From NCBI RefSeq assembly GCF_027023865.1, contig NZ_JALVUC010000019.1, positions 236,586 through 300,585 on the forward strand: a stretch of DNA of 64,000 nt, read 5' to 3'. Source of the stretch: Thermococcus sp. (GTDB lineage Archaea; Methanobacteriota_B; Thermococci; Thermococcales; Thermococcaceae). Made by a program: the position numbers and the translations under genes. The notes under the pieces were generated by a model. It made no database searches. It saw only the letters and a program-made list of their open reading frames with translations, and was not told where the DNA came from. Each line of letters opens with the position of its first letter. The stretch's first letter is position 1. Of this stretch, positions 49,147 to 57,527 are shown piece after piece.

Positions 49147-49494
49147 ATGCTTAGCGGAACCATAAAGAGTGGAGACTGGAAAGGGGAGAAGCACGTCCCC
49201 GTTATAGAGTACGAGAAGGATGGCGACCTTGTCAAGGTCGAGGTCAGCGTCGGCAAGGAGATACCCCACCCGAACACTCCGGAGCACCACATCGCCTGGA
49301 TACAGCTCTGGTTCCACCCAGAGGACGGAGCCTTCCCAATACTCGTCGGCAAGGTCGAGTTCAGCAACCACAGCGACCCGCTGACCGAGCCTAGGGCTGT
49401 CTTCTTCTTCAGGACCGAGGAGAAGGGCAAGCTCTACGCCCTCAGCTACTGCAACATCCACGGCCTCTGGGAGAACGAGGTTCAGCTCGAGTGA
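49147..49494 (+). CDS. sor: Superoxide reductase (1Fe, neelaredoxin type)
   Basis: EKHVP, HPNTPEHHI, CNIHG. Confidence 0.97.
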   Translation: MLSGTIKSGDWKGEKHVPVIEYEKDGDLVKVEVSVGKEIPHPNTPEHHIAWIQLWFHPEDGAFPILVGKVEFSNHSDPLTEPRAVFFFRTEEKGKLYALSYCNIHGLWENEVQLE

Positions 49495-49580
49495 TTTTTA
49501 TTCTCTCTTTTCCTTTACCCCATAGGTAGGTTTATTAACCGCCGGAGGGACTCTCTCTATCTTCGCTGGTGATGGTTAAA

Positions 49581-50180
49581 ATGGAAGCGTATTTTCAGAT
49601 CATGACCTTTGGGGGTGTTCTATCCCTTTTGGGCATATTCCTGACTTGGAATTTGGCGAGAATCGTTGAACACCGCCATCTTCGGAAGAAAGGTCTTTCA
49701 TGGCTGGTTCTTGTCGGAGGACTTGTGACTGCCGCAGGGTTTTTACCTGGAGCCTCCTCTGGCGGGGATGCCATTGAATGGGCCATACTCCTCGGCCCGG
49801 TTCTCATAGGCTACGCCCTCTCGGAAAGCGGTCTCGTCAGGGCGAACATAGAGATGCTCCTCCAGACGGCGGTTGTGGGCATGGCCCTGGTTCTCGGTGG
49901 GGGAAGCCGAACCCTCGTGGTTGAGTCGTTCTCTGTCGTCTCGACTCTGCTCCTCATAAATGCGCTTGCCTTCTACATGTACATACCCTCCTGGGTCTCA
50001 CGGGTTCCCAGGACCGCGGCATGGATTTTCATGACCTTCTTTCTCCTGAACGCGATTTACGGCGGCGACTTCTACGTGTCACTGCTCTATCTACTCTCAC
50101 AGCTCCTCTGGATCTCAGCCCTTATCCGCCTCCATCTGGCGGATGGTGTGCTTCACACTTCTGCCCAGGAAGGCTTATAA
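49581..50180 (+). CDS. Hypothetical polytopic membrane protein
   Basis: Multiple hydrophobic segments; no recognised motif. Confidence 0.6.
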   Translation: MEAYFQIMTFGGVLSLLGIFLTWNLARIVEHRHLRKKGLSWLVLVGGLVTAAGFLPGASSGGDAIEWAILLGPVLIGYALSESGLVRANIEMLLQTAVVGMALVLGGGSRTLVVESFSVVSTLLLINALAFYMYIPSWVSRVPRTAAWIFMTFFLLNAIYGGDFYVSLLYLLSQLLWISALIRLHLADGVLHTSAQEGL

Positions 50181-50212
50181 CCGTGCACTCTTAAAAAAGA
50201 ACGGTGAGAAAA

Positions 50213-50572
50213 ATGAAGGTTTACATACCAGACCGTGAGTGGCCGGAGCACTACAAGCCGGTCCTTGAAGAGCTTGCCAGGGTAACCGACCCCGTCACCG
50301 GGGGGGACGTCTTGGACTCGGGCATCATAGCCGGACTGGAGGTTGCGGAAGACACGCTCAAGGTCTGGCTCAACTTCGAAAGCCATGCAGAGTACAATAT
50401 AACTGGCGAGAGCGCGATAGCCTACTCCAAGATAATCGGCGACATAATGGAGCGCTTCGCCCTCATAAGGTTCCAGAACGTCTACGTCTACGACCTTAAG
50501 AACAACATTGTCGGCATCTTTGAGAACAAGAAGGGCTACAAATGGGAGGACATAAGCGCGGAGAGGGCCTGA
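50213..50572 (+). CDS. DUF59/MIP18 (Fe-S assembly) domain protein
   Basis: L..VTDPVTG.DV...GII. Confidence 0.75.
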   Translation: MKVYIPDREWPEHYKPVLEELARVTDPVTGGDVLDSGIIAGLEVAEDTLKVWLNFESHAEYNITGESAIAYSKIIGDIMERFALIRFQNVYVYDLKNNIVGIFENKKGYKWEDISAERA

Positions 50573-50573
50573 G

Positions 50574-50954
50574 ATGGGACTTCTCGGCATCTTCAAAAAA
50601 CCCGCCAAAAGGCCGAAGAGGGGTCCCAGGGAAGATCTCCCCCCGGAGGTAAAGCGGGTCGTTGAGGTTCTCCGCTCCGTTAAGGATCCCGAAACGGGGC
50701 TTGACATAGTGGACGAGGGTCTGCTCTATGGGCTCACCGTCGAAGGTGGCAAGGCTCAGGTCTTCCTCCTTCTCGCCCGCTCAACACCCAAATGCCACTT
50801 CTGCCAGATGCTGGCGATAAACGTCCAAAGGGGAATTCTAAGGGATATCGTTGAGGTTCTGCGGAAGGAAGGGTTTAAGAGGATTGAAGCGTATAACGAA
50901 ATCGGGCTTCTGCTCGAAGAATGGGGTGATGAAGATGGTTCCACCGGAGCTTGA
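50574..50954 (+). CDS. DUF59/MIP18 (Fe-S assembly) domain protein with CxxC
   Basis: VKDPETGLDIVDEGLLY; TPKCHFC. Confidence 0.85.
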   Translation: MGLLGIFKKPAKRPKRGPREDLPPEVKRVVEVLRSVKDPETGLDIVDEGLLYGLTVEGGKAQVFLLLARSTPKCHFCQMLAINVQRGILRDIVEVLRKEGFKRIEAYNEIGLLLEEWGDEDGSTGA

Positions 50955-51459
50955 GGAGGGACTCCCCCTCGAGAGGGTTAAGGAGTTCTCACTTGAGGAG
51001 CTTTTGGGGATGGCTGTAAAGGCCGAAATTGGGGCAAGGAACTTCTATGAAAGCCTTGCTGAGAGGATAGAGATAAAGGAACTTAAGAACAAGATAACGT
51101 GGCTCGCAGGAGAGGAGAAGAAGCACGAAGAACTTCTGAGGAGGATTTACGCCAACACCTTCCCTGGGAAGGAGATCGTCTTCCCCAAGGAGCACATAGG
51201 GCCGGAGCTTCAGCCGGTAGTAAGGCAGCTTCATGGTGTTGAGGACATAATAGAGCTGATCAGGTGGGCCATGAAGGCCGAGGAGATGGCGGCTAAGTTC
51301 TACGCCGAGCTTGAGAAGATGGTTGACACCGAGGAGAAAAAGCGCCTAATGCGCTACCTCAGCGACATGGAGTGGGGTCACTACTACAACCTCAAGGCCG
51401 AGTATGAACTCCTCCTCGACTGGGCAATGTACAGCCAGATGATGAACGTCGGGCCGTGA
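50935..51459 (+). CDS. Ferritin-like (rubrerythrin-fold) protein
   Basis: MAVKAE..A..FY, EE.KH, second repeat AE...FY...E.GH. Confidence 0.85.
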   Translation: MVPPELEEGLPLERVKEFSLEELLGMAVKAEIGARNFYESLAERIEIKELKNKITWLAGEEKKHEELLRRIYANTFPGKEIVFPKEHIGPELQPVVRQLHGVEDIIELIRWAMKAEEMAAKFYAELEKMVDTEEKKRLMRYLSDMEWGHYYNLKAEYELLLDWAMYSQMMNVGP

Positions 51460-51506
51460 GGCCTTATCTTCTTCCGTTTTTGAAAAGTTAAAGCAGAGAG
51501 AAGAGG

Positions 51507-51950
51507 TCACTCCGTGTACTCTGCTATCAGTTTCGCTAGGAGCCTGTGGTGTTCCCTCTCGTTCTCCACTATTGCCTCTGCCAATCCTCTAAAGAGTGGG
51601 TGGGTCATCTTCTCCGCCATCTTCTGATAGGTATCTATCATATCCTTCTCTATATCGAGATGCATCTCTGCGAAGCGCTTCACCAGGGCCTTCTGCTCGG
51701 GGGAAAGCTCAACGTCTCTAACCTCCGAGAGTGGCCCCTCGCCGGCGAGCTTCTCAAGCTCCTTCTGCGCATCGAGGATTGCTTCCATAAGATGCTTGTG
51801 GATGACGGTGTCAACGGCTATCCTTCCGACTATCTCCTCAACCTTTGTATACCTCAATCCCTGCCCCCGTATGAGTCCTAAACCGTCGGTATAGCTGGAG
51901 GCAGCCTTCTTTTCGGTTTCATAGGCGTGTTTAACGAGTGGTTCAGACAT
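51507..51950 (-). CDS. Ferritin-like (rubrerythrin-fold) protein
   Basis: E.KAA..Y, DT..H, IE....Y, NEREHH. Confidence 0.75.
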   Translation of the reverse strand: MSEPLVKHAYETEKKAASSYTDGLGLIRGQGLRYTKVEEIVGRIAVDTVIHKHLMEAILDAQKELEKLAGEGPLSEVRDVELSPEQKALVKRFAEMHLDIEKDMIDTYQKMAEKMTHPLFRGLAEAIVENEREHHRLLAKLIAEYTE

Positions 51951-52015
51951 AGACATCACCGTAGTTATGTGTGCCATTAAGCCTAATAATGATTTCCCTT
52001 GAACAAAGGAAAGGG

Positions 52016-52318
52016 TCAAAGATTGACCTTTATCCCGGTTTCCTCTTCAACTTCCCCAAAGCCTTCCTTCATGTACTTTGCGAGTTCTTCATCGACCTCG
52101 AAGAGCGCCGCAAGGAACTCCCCGAAGTGCTCCTTCTCCTCGTTTGCAACATCGTGGAAGATACCTTTTATCCTCTCGTCTTCAATACCGGTAGCTAACT
52201 GCTCGTAGATGCTCATAGCATCAAGCTCAGCTTCGATAGCCCAGCGGAGGGCCTGTGCTATCTCGGTCTTGGTTAGGGGCCTGTCCTTGGGGAGTTCAAA
52301 CGGATATTTGGCCAACAT
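52016..52318 (-). CDS. Encapsulated-ferritin (EncFtn/Flp)-like protein, stand-alone
   Basis: AIEAELDA..IYEQ, VANEEKEHFGEF; 100 aa. Confidence 0.85.
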   Translation of the reverse strand: MLAKYPFELPKDRPLTKTEIAQALRWAIEAELDAMSIYEQLATGIEDERIKGIFHDVANEEKEHFGEFLAALFEVDEELAKYMKEGFGEVEEETGIKVNL

Positions 52319-52378
52319 GGTATCACCACTATCAACTCACTTTCTTCTTCCCTAATAATGTTTCTCTTTTGAAAAGCC

Positions 52379-52930
52379 TCACCTGAGGAACTTCGAGACG
52401 CAGGGGCTTTCACCTGGTTTACTCCTCCGGAAGTGGCCGCTCGGCTTTCCGGTCAGAAGCTCCTCGAACCAAGCCTCGTGTTCTATCTCCTCGTGGAGGA
52501 TGGCCAGAGAAAGGTCATAGGTCCTTGGGTCTTTGCCCATCGTGTAGTTGCATATCTCCGTGTAGACACCGACGGCACAGCGCTCCGCCTGGAGGAGAAC
52601 CTTCAGTATCTCCTCAACGGTCGGGTTCTCGGGCAGGTAGGCGTCGCTGCACCAGGCCATCTTTGAGAAGTCCACAATGTCCCTGGAGAGCTCCCCACCG
52701 AGTTCGTATATCCTAGGCACAAGGACTTCGAAGTGATTCCTGTCCTCAAGGCGGGCATCTTCAATGATTTCTTTTATTGTTTCACCGTCCATACCCGCTG
52801 CGTGGTTCCTTAGAATCGTGTAGTAGTAATAGGTTGTAAACTCAGCCGCGGCCGCCTTCAGTAGCATATCCAAAAGTTTCTCAACGTCTATACCGGCTCG
52901 CTTCACGAGCCGTCTGTTGTGTTCTGACAT
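52379..52930 (-). CDS. dpsL: Dps-like protein (thioferritin type)
   Basis: [35 protein letters not shown]. Confidence 0.92.
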   Translation of the reverse strand: MSEHNRRLVKRAGIDVEKLLDMLLKAAAAEFTTYYYYTILRNHAAGMDGETIKEIIEDARLEDRNHFEVLVPRIYELGGELSRDIVDFSKMAWCSDAYLPENPTVEEILKVLLQAERCAVGVYTEICNYTMGKDPRTYDLSLAILHEEIEHEAWFEELLTGKPSGHFRRSKPGESPCVSKFLR

Positions 52931-52979
52931 AAGTTTCACCAATTTTGGTAGTTACTTATATTTAATAAACTTTTCTATT

Positions 52980-52994
52980 TAGAAATTATTTCTA
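52980..52994. promoter_or_regulatory. Perfect 7-1-7 inverted repeat TAGAAAT-T-ATTTCTA, candidate Fur/PerR operator
   Basis: Between the back-to-back dpsL and fur promoters. Confidence 0.65.
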
Positions 52995-53033
52995 TTTAGT
53001 AAGGCTTATAAAGACTTGGCCCTAACCTCAACC

Positions 53034-53417
53034 ATGTGGAAGGAAGAAGCCTTGGGGGAGCTCAGGAAAAACGGCTACAAACTCACGCCCCAGAGGTTGA
53101 AGCTCGTTGAGATGCTCGATGAAAAGGGGGCGGAGCATCCATCCCTCGGGGAAATGCTCGGAGAGATACGAAAGGTTTTCCCGACGATGAGCTTCTCGAC
53201 CCTCTACTCAAATGTCCTCATCTTGAGAGAACTTGGGCTGGTCGAGCTCTTCTCCCTCGGGGGTGAGACGAGGATTGAGATAAACACAGAACCCCATATC
53301 AACCTCATCTCCGGTAGAGAGATAATCGACATCGACGACCCCGATATAATCGAGGCCATAGTGCGGAAGACCGGAAAGAGAGTGAGGCTTGTAAACGTGC
53401 TCGTGGAGGATGAGTAA
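53034..53417 (+). CDS. fur: Fur/PerR-family regulator, probably leaderless
   Basis: GYKLTPQR, EHPS, SFSTLYSN, EPHINL; ATG about 28 nt after the first T of TTATAAA with no RBS. Confidence 0.88.
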   Translation: MWKEEALGELRKNGYKLTPQRLKLVEMLDEKGAEHPSLGEMLGEIRKVFPTMSFSTLYSNVLILRELGLVELFSLGGETRIEINTEPHINLISGREIIDIDDPDIIEAIVRKTGKRVRLVNVLVEDE

Positions 53418-53596
53418 TCTGGTGACGTAGTTGGCCGTGTTTAAAGTGGTTGATGGTTTCATGCAGGAGAAGTTAATCTGAAAAAATCAAATTAAAACTT
53501 TGAAGATTCCCTTAAAATCTGAAAAAAAGTTCGAAAGGCAAAATTTAATAACCCAGAATAACATAAAGACGTTCCAGAGGAAGGAGGTGAAAACAC

Positions 53597-54304
53597 ATGG
53601 CACAGCAATTTGAGGAGGTCGTCTTTGAATACTTGAAGAGCATTAAACCGGGGGAAGACATCCTAGTCGAGTTCACTTCCAACGAACCGATCCATCTTCT
53701 CCTTGACGTACTCCTTAGGTATCTCCACCGAGAGAACATCCCGGTGATAATCATTGACGTCCTTGATCACCTTAACATGTTCAAAGCCCAGCTAGGGGTA
53801 GTCGGGATAGATACAGCACTCCTCGAGAATGCTTACGTAGTAAAGATAGGTGGGCTGTCAAAAACTGGGAATGTTATGGGTGAAATTCCCCCCACAGAGG
53901 AGCTTCCAATTGGAGTTAAAAAGCTTCACGAACTTTTCAAAAAGGTTCCGGAAGACTTTGTTTTCAGGGTAACACTCGGGCTTGACAAACTCTTAAGGTA
54001 TTATGAAAAAGAGGGCTCCCTTGAAGCGTTCATGGGGCACTTAAGAAAAGATTCCGGCGAGAGTGGGAGGATAAGAGTATTCGCCGTGAACCGGGATATC
54101 GCTCCCGAAGAGGCTCTTAGTGAGATGAGAGAACTTGCTTCAAGGGTCTTTGATGTTGAGCTTGAGGAAGGGAGAATAAAGTTGACTATTGTCAAGTCTC
54201 CAAACTTCGCGGAGTACGGGGAGAAACTCACAGTGTTCGCCGCGGGACTCCAGGGTCACCTGCGAGACCAGAGAGAGGTAAGCGACAACTTGATCCTGAC
54301 GTAG
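53597..54304 (+). CDS. DUF257-like Thermococcales protein
   Basis: GEDILVEFTS.EP, IIDVLD.L, VVKIGG; family assigned by resemblance. Confidence 0.7.
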   Translation: MAQQFEEVVFEYLKSIKPGEDILVEFTSNEPIHLLLDVLLRYLHRENIPVIIIDVLDHLNMFKAQLGVVGIDTALLENAYVVKIGGLSKTGNVMGEIPPTEELPIGVKKLHELFKKVPEDFVFRVTLGLDKLLRYYEKEGSLEAFMGHLRKDSGESGRIRVFAVNRDIAPEEALSEMRELASRVFDVELEEGRIKLTIVKSPNFAEYGEKLTVFAAGLQGHLRDQREVSDNLILT

Positions 54305-54505
54305 AGCTATGTTTCTGTCTCAATCCATTTTGTTAGTAGGTTGCAGGAAGGGAATTAAGCGTAGCCGTTGGGCAGGTAATACTGTACCTCAAACGTGGAA
54401 GGATGAAAACACCGTTTAGGATAGCTTAATGTGGGTGAGTTTCGGGGTCAGGTGGTTCAACCTGCCGGGGGGCTGTTCTTAAAAGTTGAAAAAATTAAGG
54501 AAAAA

Positions 54506-55879
54506 TCAGTCGAGAAGGGGAGAATCCTCACTGACGGCAGTTGTTGAGTTGAGCATTCTCTTCAGGTCCTCCTCCGGCTCACCTATGGGCCTGAGGTCAA
54601 ACTTCTTCCTGATGGTCTCAAGGACGTTTGGTGTGAAGAACTCCGGAGCCTTTGGACCAAGGTAGATGCCCTTAATCCCGAGGTAGAACAGGCTGTAAAG
54701 GATTCCTACTGCCTTCTGCTCCATCCAGCTGAGGACTATGCTCACCGGGAGGTCGTTGAGGCCGACATCAAGTTTCCTCGCGAGTGCTCCTGCAATCTGG
54801 ATTATGGAATAGACGTTGTTGCATTGGCCGAAGTCCATAAAGCGGGGTATTCCCTCTATCTCACCGTAGTCGCGCCTGTTGTAACGGAACTTACCGCACG
54901 CGGCCGAGAGGATTATGGCATCCTTGGGGACCATCGCGGTGAGCTTCTCATAGTAGCTCATCTTCGGATTGGGGACGTCACAGCCGCCAATTACGAAGAC
55001 GTGCCTTATTTTGCCCTCGTTGATGAGTTCAATGAGCTTGTCCATCAAGGGGAGAACGTTGGTGTGGTGGAAGCCCGTAACTACGTGGCCATCTTCCTTT
55101 CTCTCCATCCTTGGGGTTTCAAGGGCGCGTTTGATTAGGGGCTCGTAGTCGTTTTCAAGGTGTGGAACACCTTCGAGACCCGCTATGTCAGTTGTGAACA
55201 TCCTGTCGGCGTAGCTCTTCGGTGGTTGTTGCACACAGTTGCTGGTTCCCAGTATGGCACCAGGAAACGCGGTGAACTCCTTCCTCTGGTAGACCCAGGA
55301 ACCGCCCCAGTTGCCGTAGAGGGACTTGAACTTCCTGAACTCTGGATAAGAGTGGGACGGAAGCATCTCCGAGTGGGTGTAAACTCTGATTTCATCCTCA
55401 AGTCCCATCTCCCTGATCTGTTTCAGTAGTTCATAAAGCGCCCGGTAAGTGTGGCCGGTTACGAGTATTCCATGTCCTTCGTCGGTTCCGGTTGGGACCT
55501 TAACCGGCTCCGGGTTTCCGTAGGTCTCGGTGTAGGCTTTATCAAGGAGTTCCATTGCTTTGAGGTGTATCCTTCCGTTCTCTAGGATAAGCTCAAGGAA
55601 GCGGTTTTTATCGAAGTTCACATTGGTGAGCGTTGAGTACAGGGCCTTGCTTAGGAAGAAGCCGATTTCACTGTCCTTATATCCTAACTCGTAGGCGTGG
55701 AAGTAATAGGCGGCAGTTCCCTTAATACCGTAGATAAGGGCCTCCTGAAGGGAGTTCAGGTCCGGATCCTTACCGCAGATGCCTCTAAGCGTACATCCCC
55801 CTGGCTGGCTCATGGAGCATTGGTCACACCTCATTAAAATTCCTGCCTCTTTTCCATTCTTTGGAACCTTCGCGGCCAT
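54506..55879 (-). CDS. hcp: Hybrid cluster protein (hydroxylamine/NO reductase), short class III form
   Basis: C-x2-C-x7-C-x5-C, ILVTGH, YTHSEML, GGCD, ACGKFR, DFGQCN, SWMEQKA; 457 aa. Confidence 0.96.
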   Translation of the reverse strand: MAAKVPKNGKEAGILMRCDQCSMSQPGGCTLRGICGKDPDLNSLQEALIYGIKGTAAYYFHAYELGYKDSEIGFFLSKALYSTLTNVNFDKNRFLELILENGRIHLKAMELLDKAYTETYGNPEPVKVPTGTDEGHGILVTGHTYRALYELLKQIREMGLEDEIRVYTHSEMLPSHSYPEFRKFKSLYGNWGGSWVYQRKEFTAFPGAILGTSNCVQQPPKSYADRMFTTDIAGLEGVPHLENDYEPLIKRALETPRMERKEDGHVVTGFHHTNVLPLMDKLIELINEGKIRHVFVIGGCDVPNPKMSYYEKLTAMVPKDAIILSAACGKFRYNRRDYGEIEGIPRFMDFGQCNNVYSIIQIAGALARKLDVGLNDLPVSIVLSWMEQKAVGILYSLFYLGIKGIYLGPKAPEFFTPNVLETIRKKFDLRPIGEPEEDLKRMLNSTTAVSEDSPLLD

Positions 55880-55890
55880 ATTGTCACCTC

Positions 55891-55910
55891 CATATGACAC
55901 TTGTCATATG
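55891..55910. promoter_or_regulatory. Perfect 9-2-9 palindrome CATATGACA-CT-TGTCATATG (hcp operator)
   Basis: Directly 5' of the hcp RBS, downstream of TTTAAA at 55928. Confidence 0.75.
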
Positions 55911-56257
55911 AATATTGTGTCAATTTGTTTAAATCTTTTTCTCCATGAAACGTCATAGAAAAATTTATGAAAATCAAAACTCTGAAAAAAAGCCTTGATC
56001 GTTCTACGAGGCATAGATTGAACCATAAAAGGCTGATGGCCCTAGCCATCCGCTGTTTTTGAGTTATACTCCCTTACTCCAAAAGGCGTGTTTTTAGGAG
56101 AAAATGTGACGGGGAGAAGGGCCTTCCAGGAGATGAACTCCCATTCCCTCGTGGGTGAAACCCCCCACTATTCAATAGGAAGATGACATCGAGTACCAGT
56201 ATCTCAGCTTTCATAATCCACGTGTCCTGGTGCTCGTCGTGGGTTCCCTGTAGTCCT

Positions 56258-56737
56258 TCAATCAACCTCAAGGCTGAAGTCCTGGTAGTCCATCCAGATA
56301 CCCGTCTTCATGATGGAATCGTACTGCGCCTTGAGAAGCTCGTAGTGGGACTTCTCTATCCTCGCGAGCTCCTCAAAGAGCCTTCTGACTGAGTCGTGCT
56401 CCGCCTCCTTCGCGGCCTCTTCATAGAACTCCCAGGTGAGCTTTTCCTGCTCCATGCCGATTCTCACTGCATCGATCTCGCTGAGGTTCTTCTCATCGGC
56501 TTCAACGACCAGCTTCTCAAGCATCTTCCTATCCACCGCCGGAAGCTCGCACTTCTCGGCCACTTCCTCGAGGAACTTCCCCTCAAAGAGGTCCCAGTGC
56601 TCTGCTTCTTCCTTGGCTAGAAACAGGAACATCTTCCTTGCCCTCTCATCCCGGGCTTTGCGCGCCAACCTTATGTAGAACTTAAGTTCTGTCTTTTCAA
56701 CCTCAAGGGCCAGTGCAATGGCCTCTATCTCGTTCAT
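56258..56737 (-). CDS. Ferritin-like (rubrerythrin-fold) protein
   Basis: ALEVEK....FY, EEAEH, EQEK....FY, IE.SH. Confidence 0.85.
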   Translation of the reverse strand: MNEIEAIALALEVEKTELKFYIRLARKARDERARKMFLFLAKEEAEHWDLFEGKFLEEVAEKCELPAVDRKMLEKLVVEADEKNLSEIDAVRIGMEQEKLTWEFYEEAAKEAEHDSVRRLFEELARIEKSHYELLKAQYDSIMKTGIWMDYQDFSLEVD

Positions 56738-56791
56738 GCTATCACCGAAGGATTATTATGCCTCCAGAGGTTATAACCTTTGGGGATTGCG

Positions 56792-57340
56792 ATGAAGGGA
56801 GAAATCCTGAGGGCTGGGAGGCCCGTTGAACTGAAAGATGAACTGTTAATGTTCGCGTTCGGCGTTTACAGGGATACAGGAGGAGCCTATCCAGCTCTCG
56901 AATGGGTTGAAGAGAAGCCCTCTCCGGACGATTTTGAAGGATTCAAACGGGTGTATGAGCCGTTCCTTGAGTTCCGCCTCAAAGATGAGTTTGACGAACT
57001 CTACATCCTGAGGGAAAACGGAAAGATTACGGGAACGGTGGCCCTCATCTACACCTTCCAGGGTAAGGATATTCCGTGGGTTCCGGAGGACATAAAAAAC
57101 GGGAGAACCGGTCTGATAGAGTTCCTCATGGTCGACCCTGAGCACCAAGGGAGGGGCTACGGCTCCGAACTGTTGAATTTCGCCGTGAGAAGACTGGGGA
57201 AGCTTGGAAGGGACGCCTACATTGTGACCTTTCCGGAGCTTGAGGCTTACCATTACTACATCCGCAGGGGCTTTGTTGAGGTTGAGCGCTACGGGGACTT
57301 TGTCCTCCTTAGGTTCGCCCCAAACGGTCTTCGAGCTTGA
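56792..57340 (+). CDS. GNAT N-acetyltransferase
   Basis: MVDPEHQGRGYGS acetyl-CoA motif. Confidence 0.9.
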   Translation: MKGEILRAGRPVELKDELLMFAFGVYRDTGGAYPALEWVEEKPSPDDFEGFKRVYEPFLEFRLKDEFDELYILRENGKITGTVALIYTFQGKDIPWVPEDIKNGRTGLIEFLMVDPEHQGRGYGSELLNFAVRRLGKLGRDAYIVTFPELEAYHYYIRRGFVEVERYGDFVLLRFAPNGLRA

Positions 57341-57482
57341 GGTAGAAGAACAGCACTATCATAAAGATGGTGATGTAATAGCTCCACTTGAAGGGTATAA
57401 GGCCAATCACCCCAAGGGTGTAGATCACAGCCAGGAAGATGACCAGAACGAGCAGGATGCGGTAGAGACTTTTCTTTTCCAT
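57309..57482 (-). CDS. Small two-TM membrane protein (57 aa, missing from the ORF track)
   Basis: MEKKSLYRILLVLVIFLAVIYTLGVIGLIPFKWSYYITIFMIVLFFYLKLEDRLGRT. Confidence 0.6.
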   Translation of the reverse strand: MEKKSLYRILLVLVIFLAVIYTLGVIGLIPFKWSYYITIFMIVLFFYLKLEDRLGRT

Positions 57483-57527
57483 TATACCACTGAAGAAAAG
57501 AGAAAATGGAAGCTTATAACCTTTGGG

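Noticed and set aside
55950-56257. Unexplained intergenic stretch upstream of hcp as an IS remnant or small gene
   Set aside because: Short frames with stops, no terminal repeats or IS-end hairpin, no recognisable motif.
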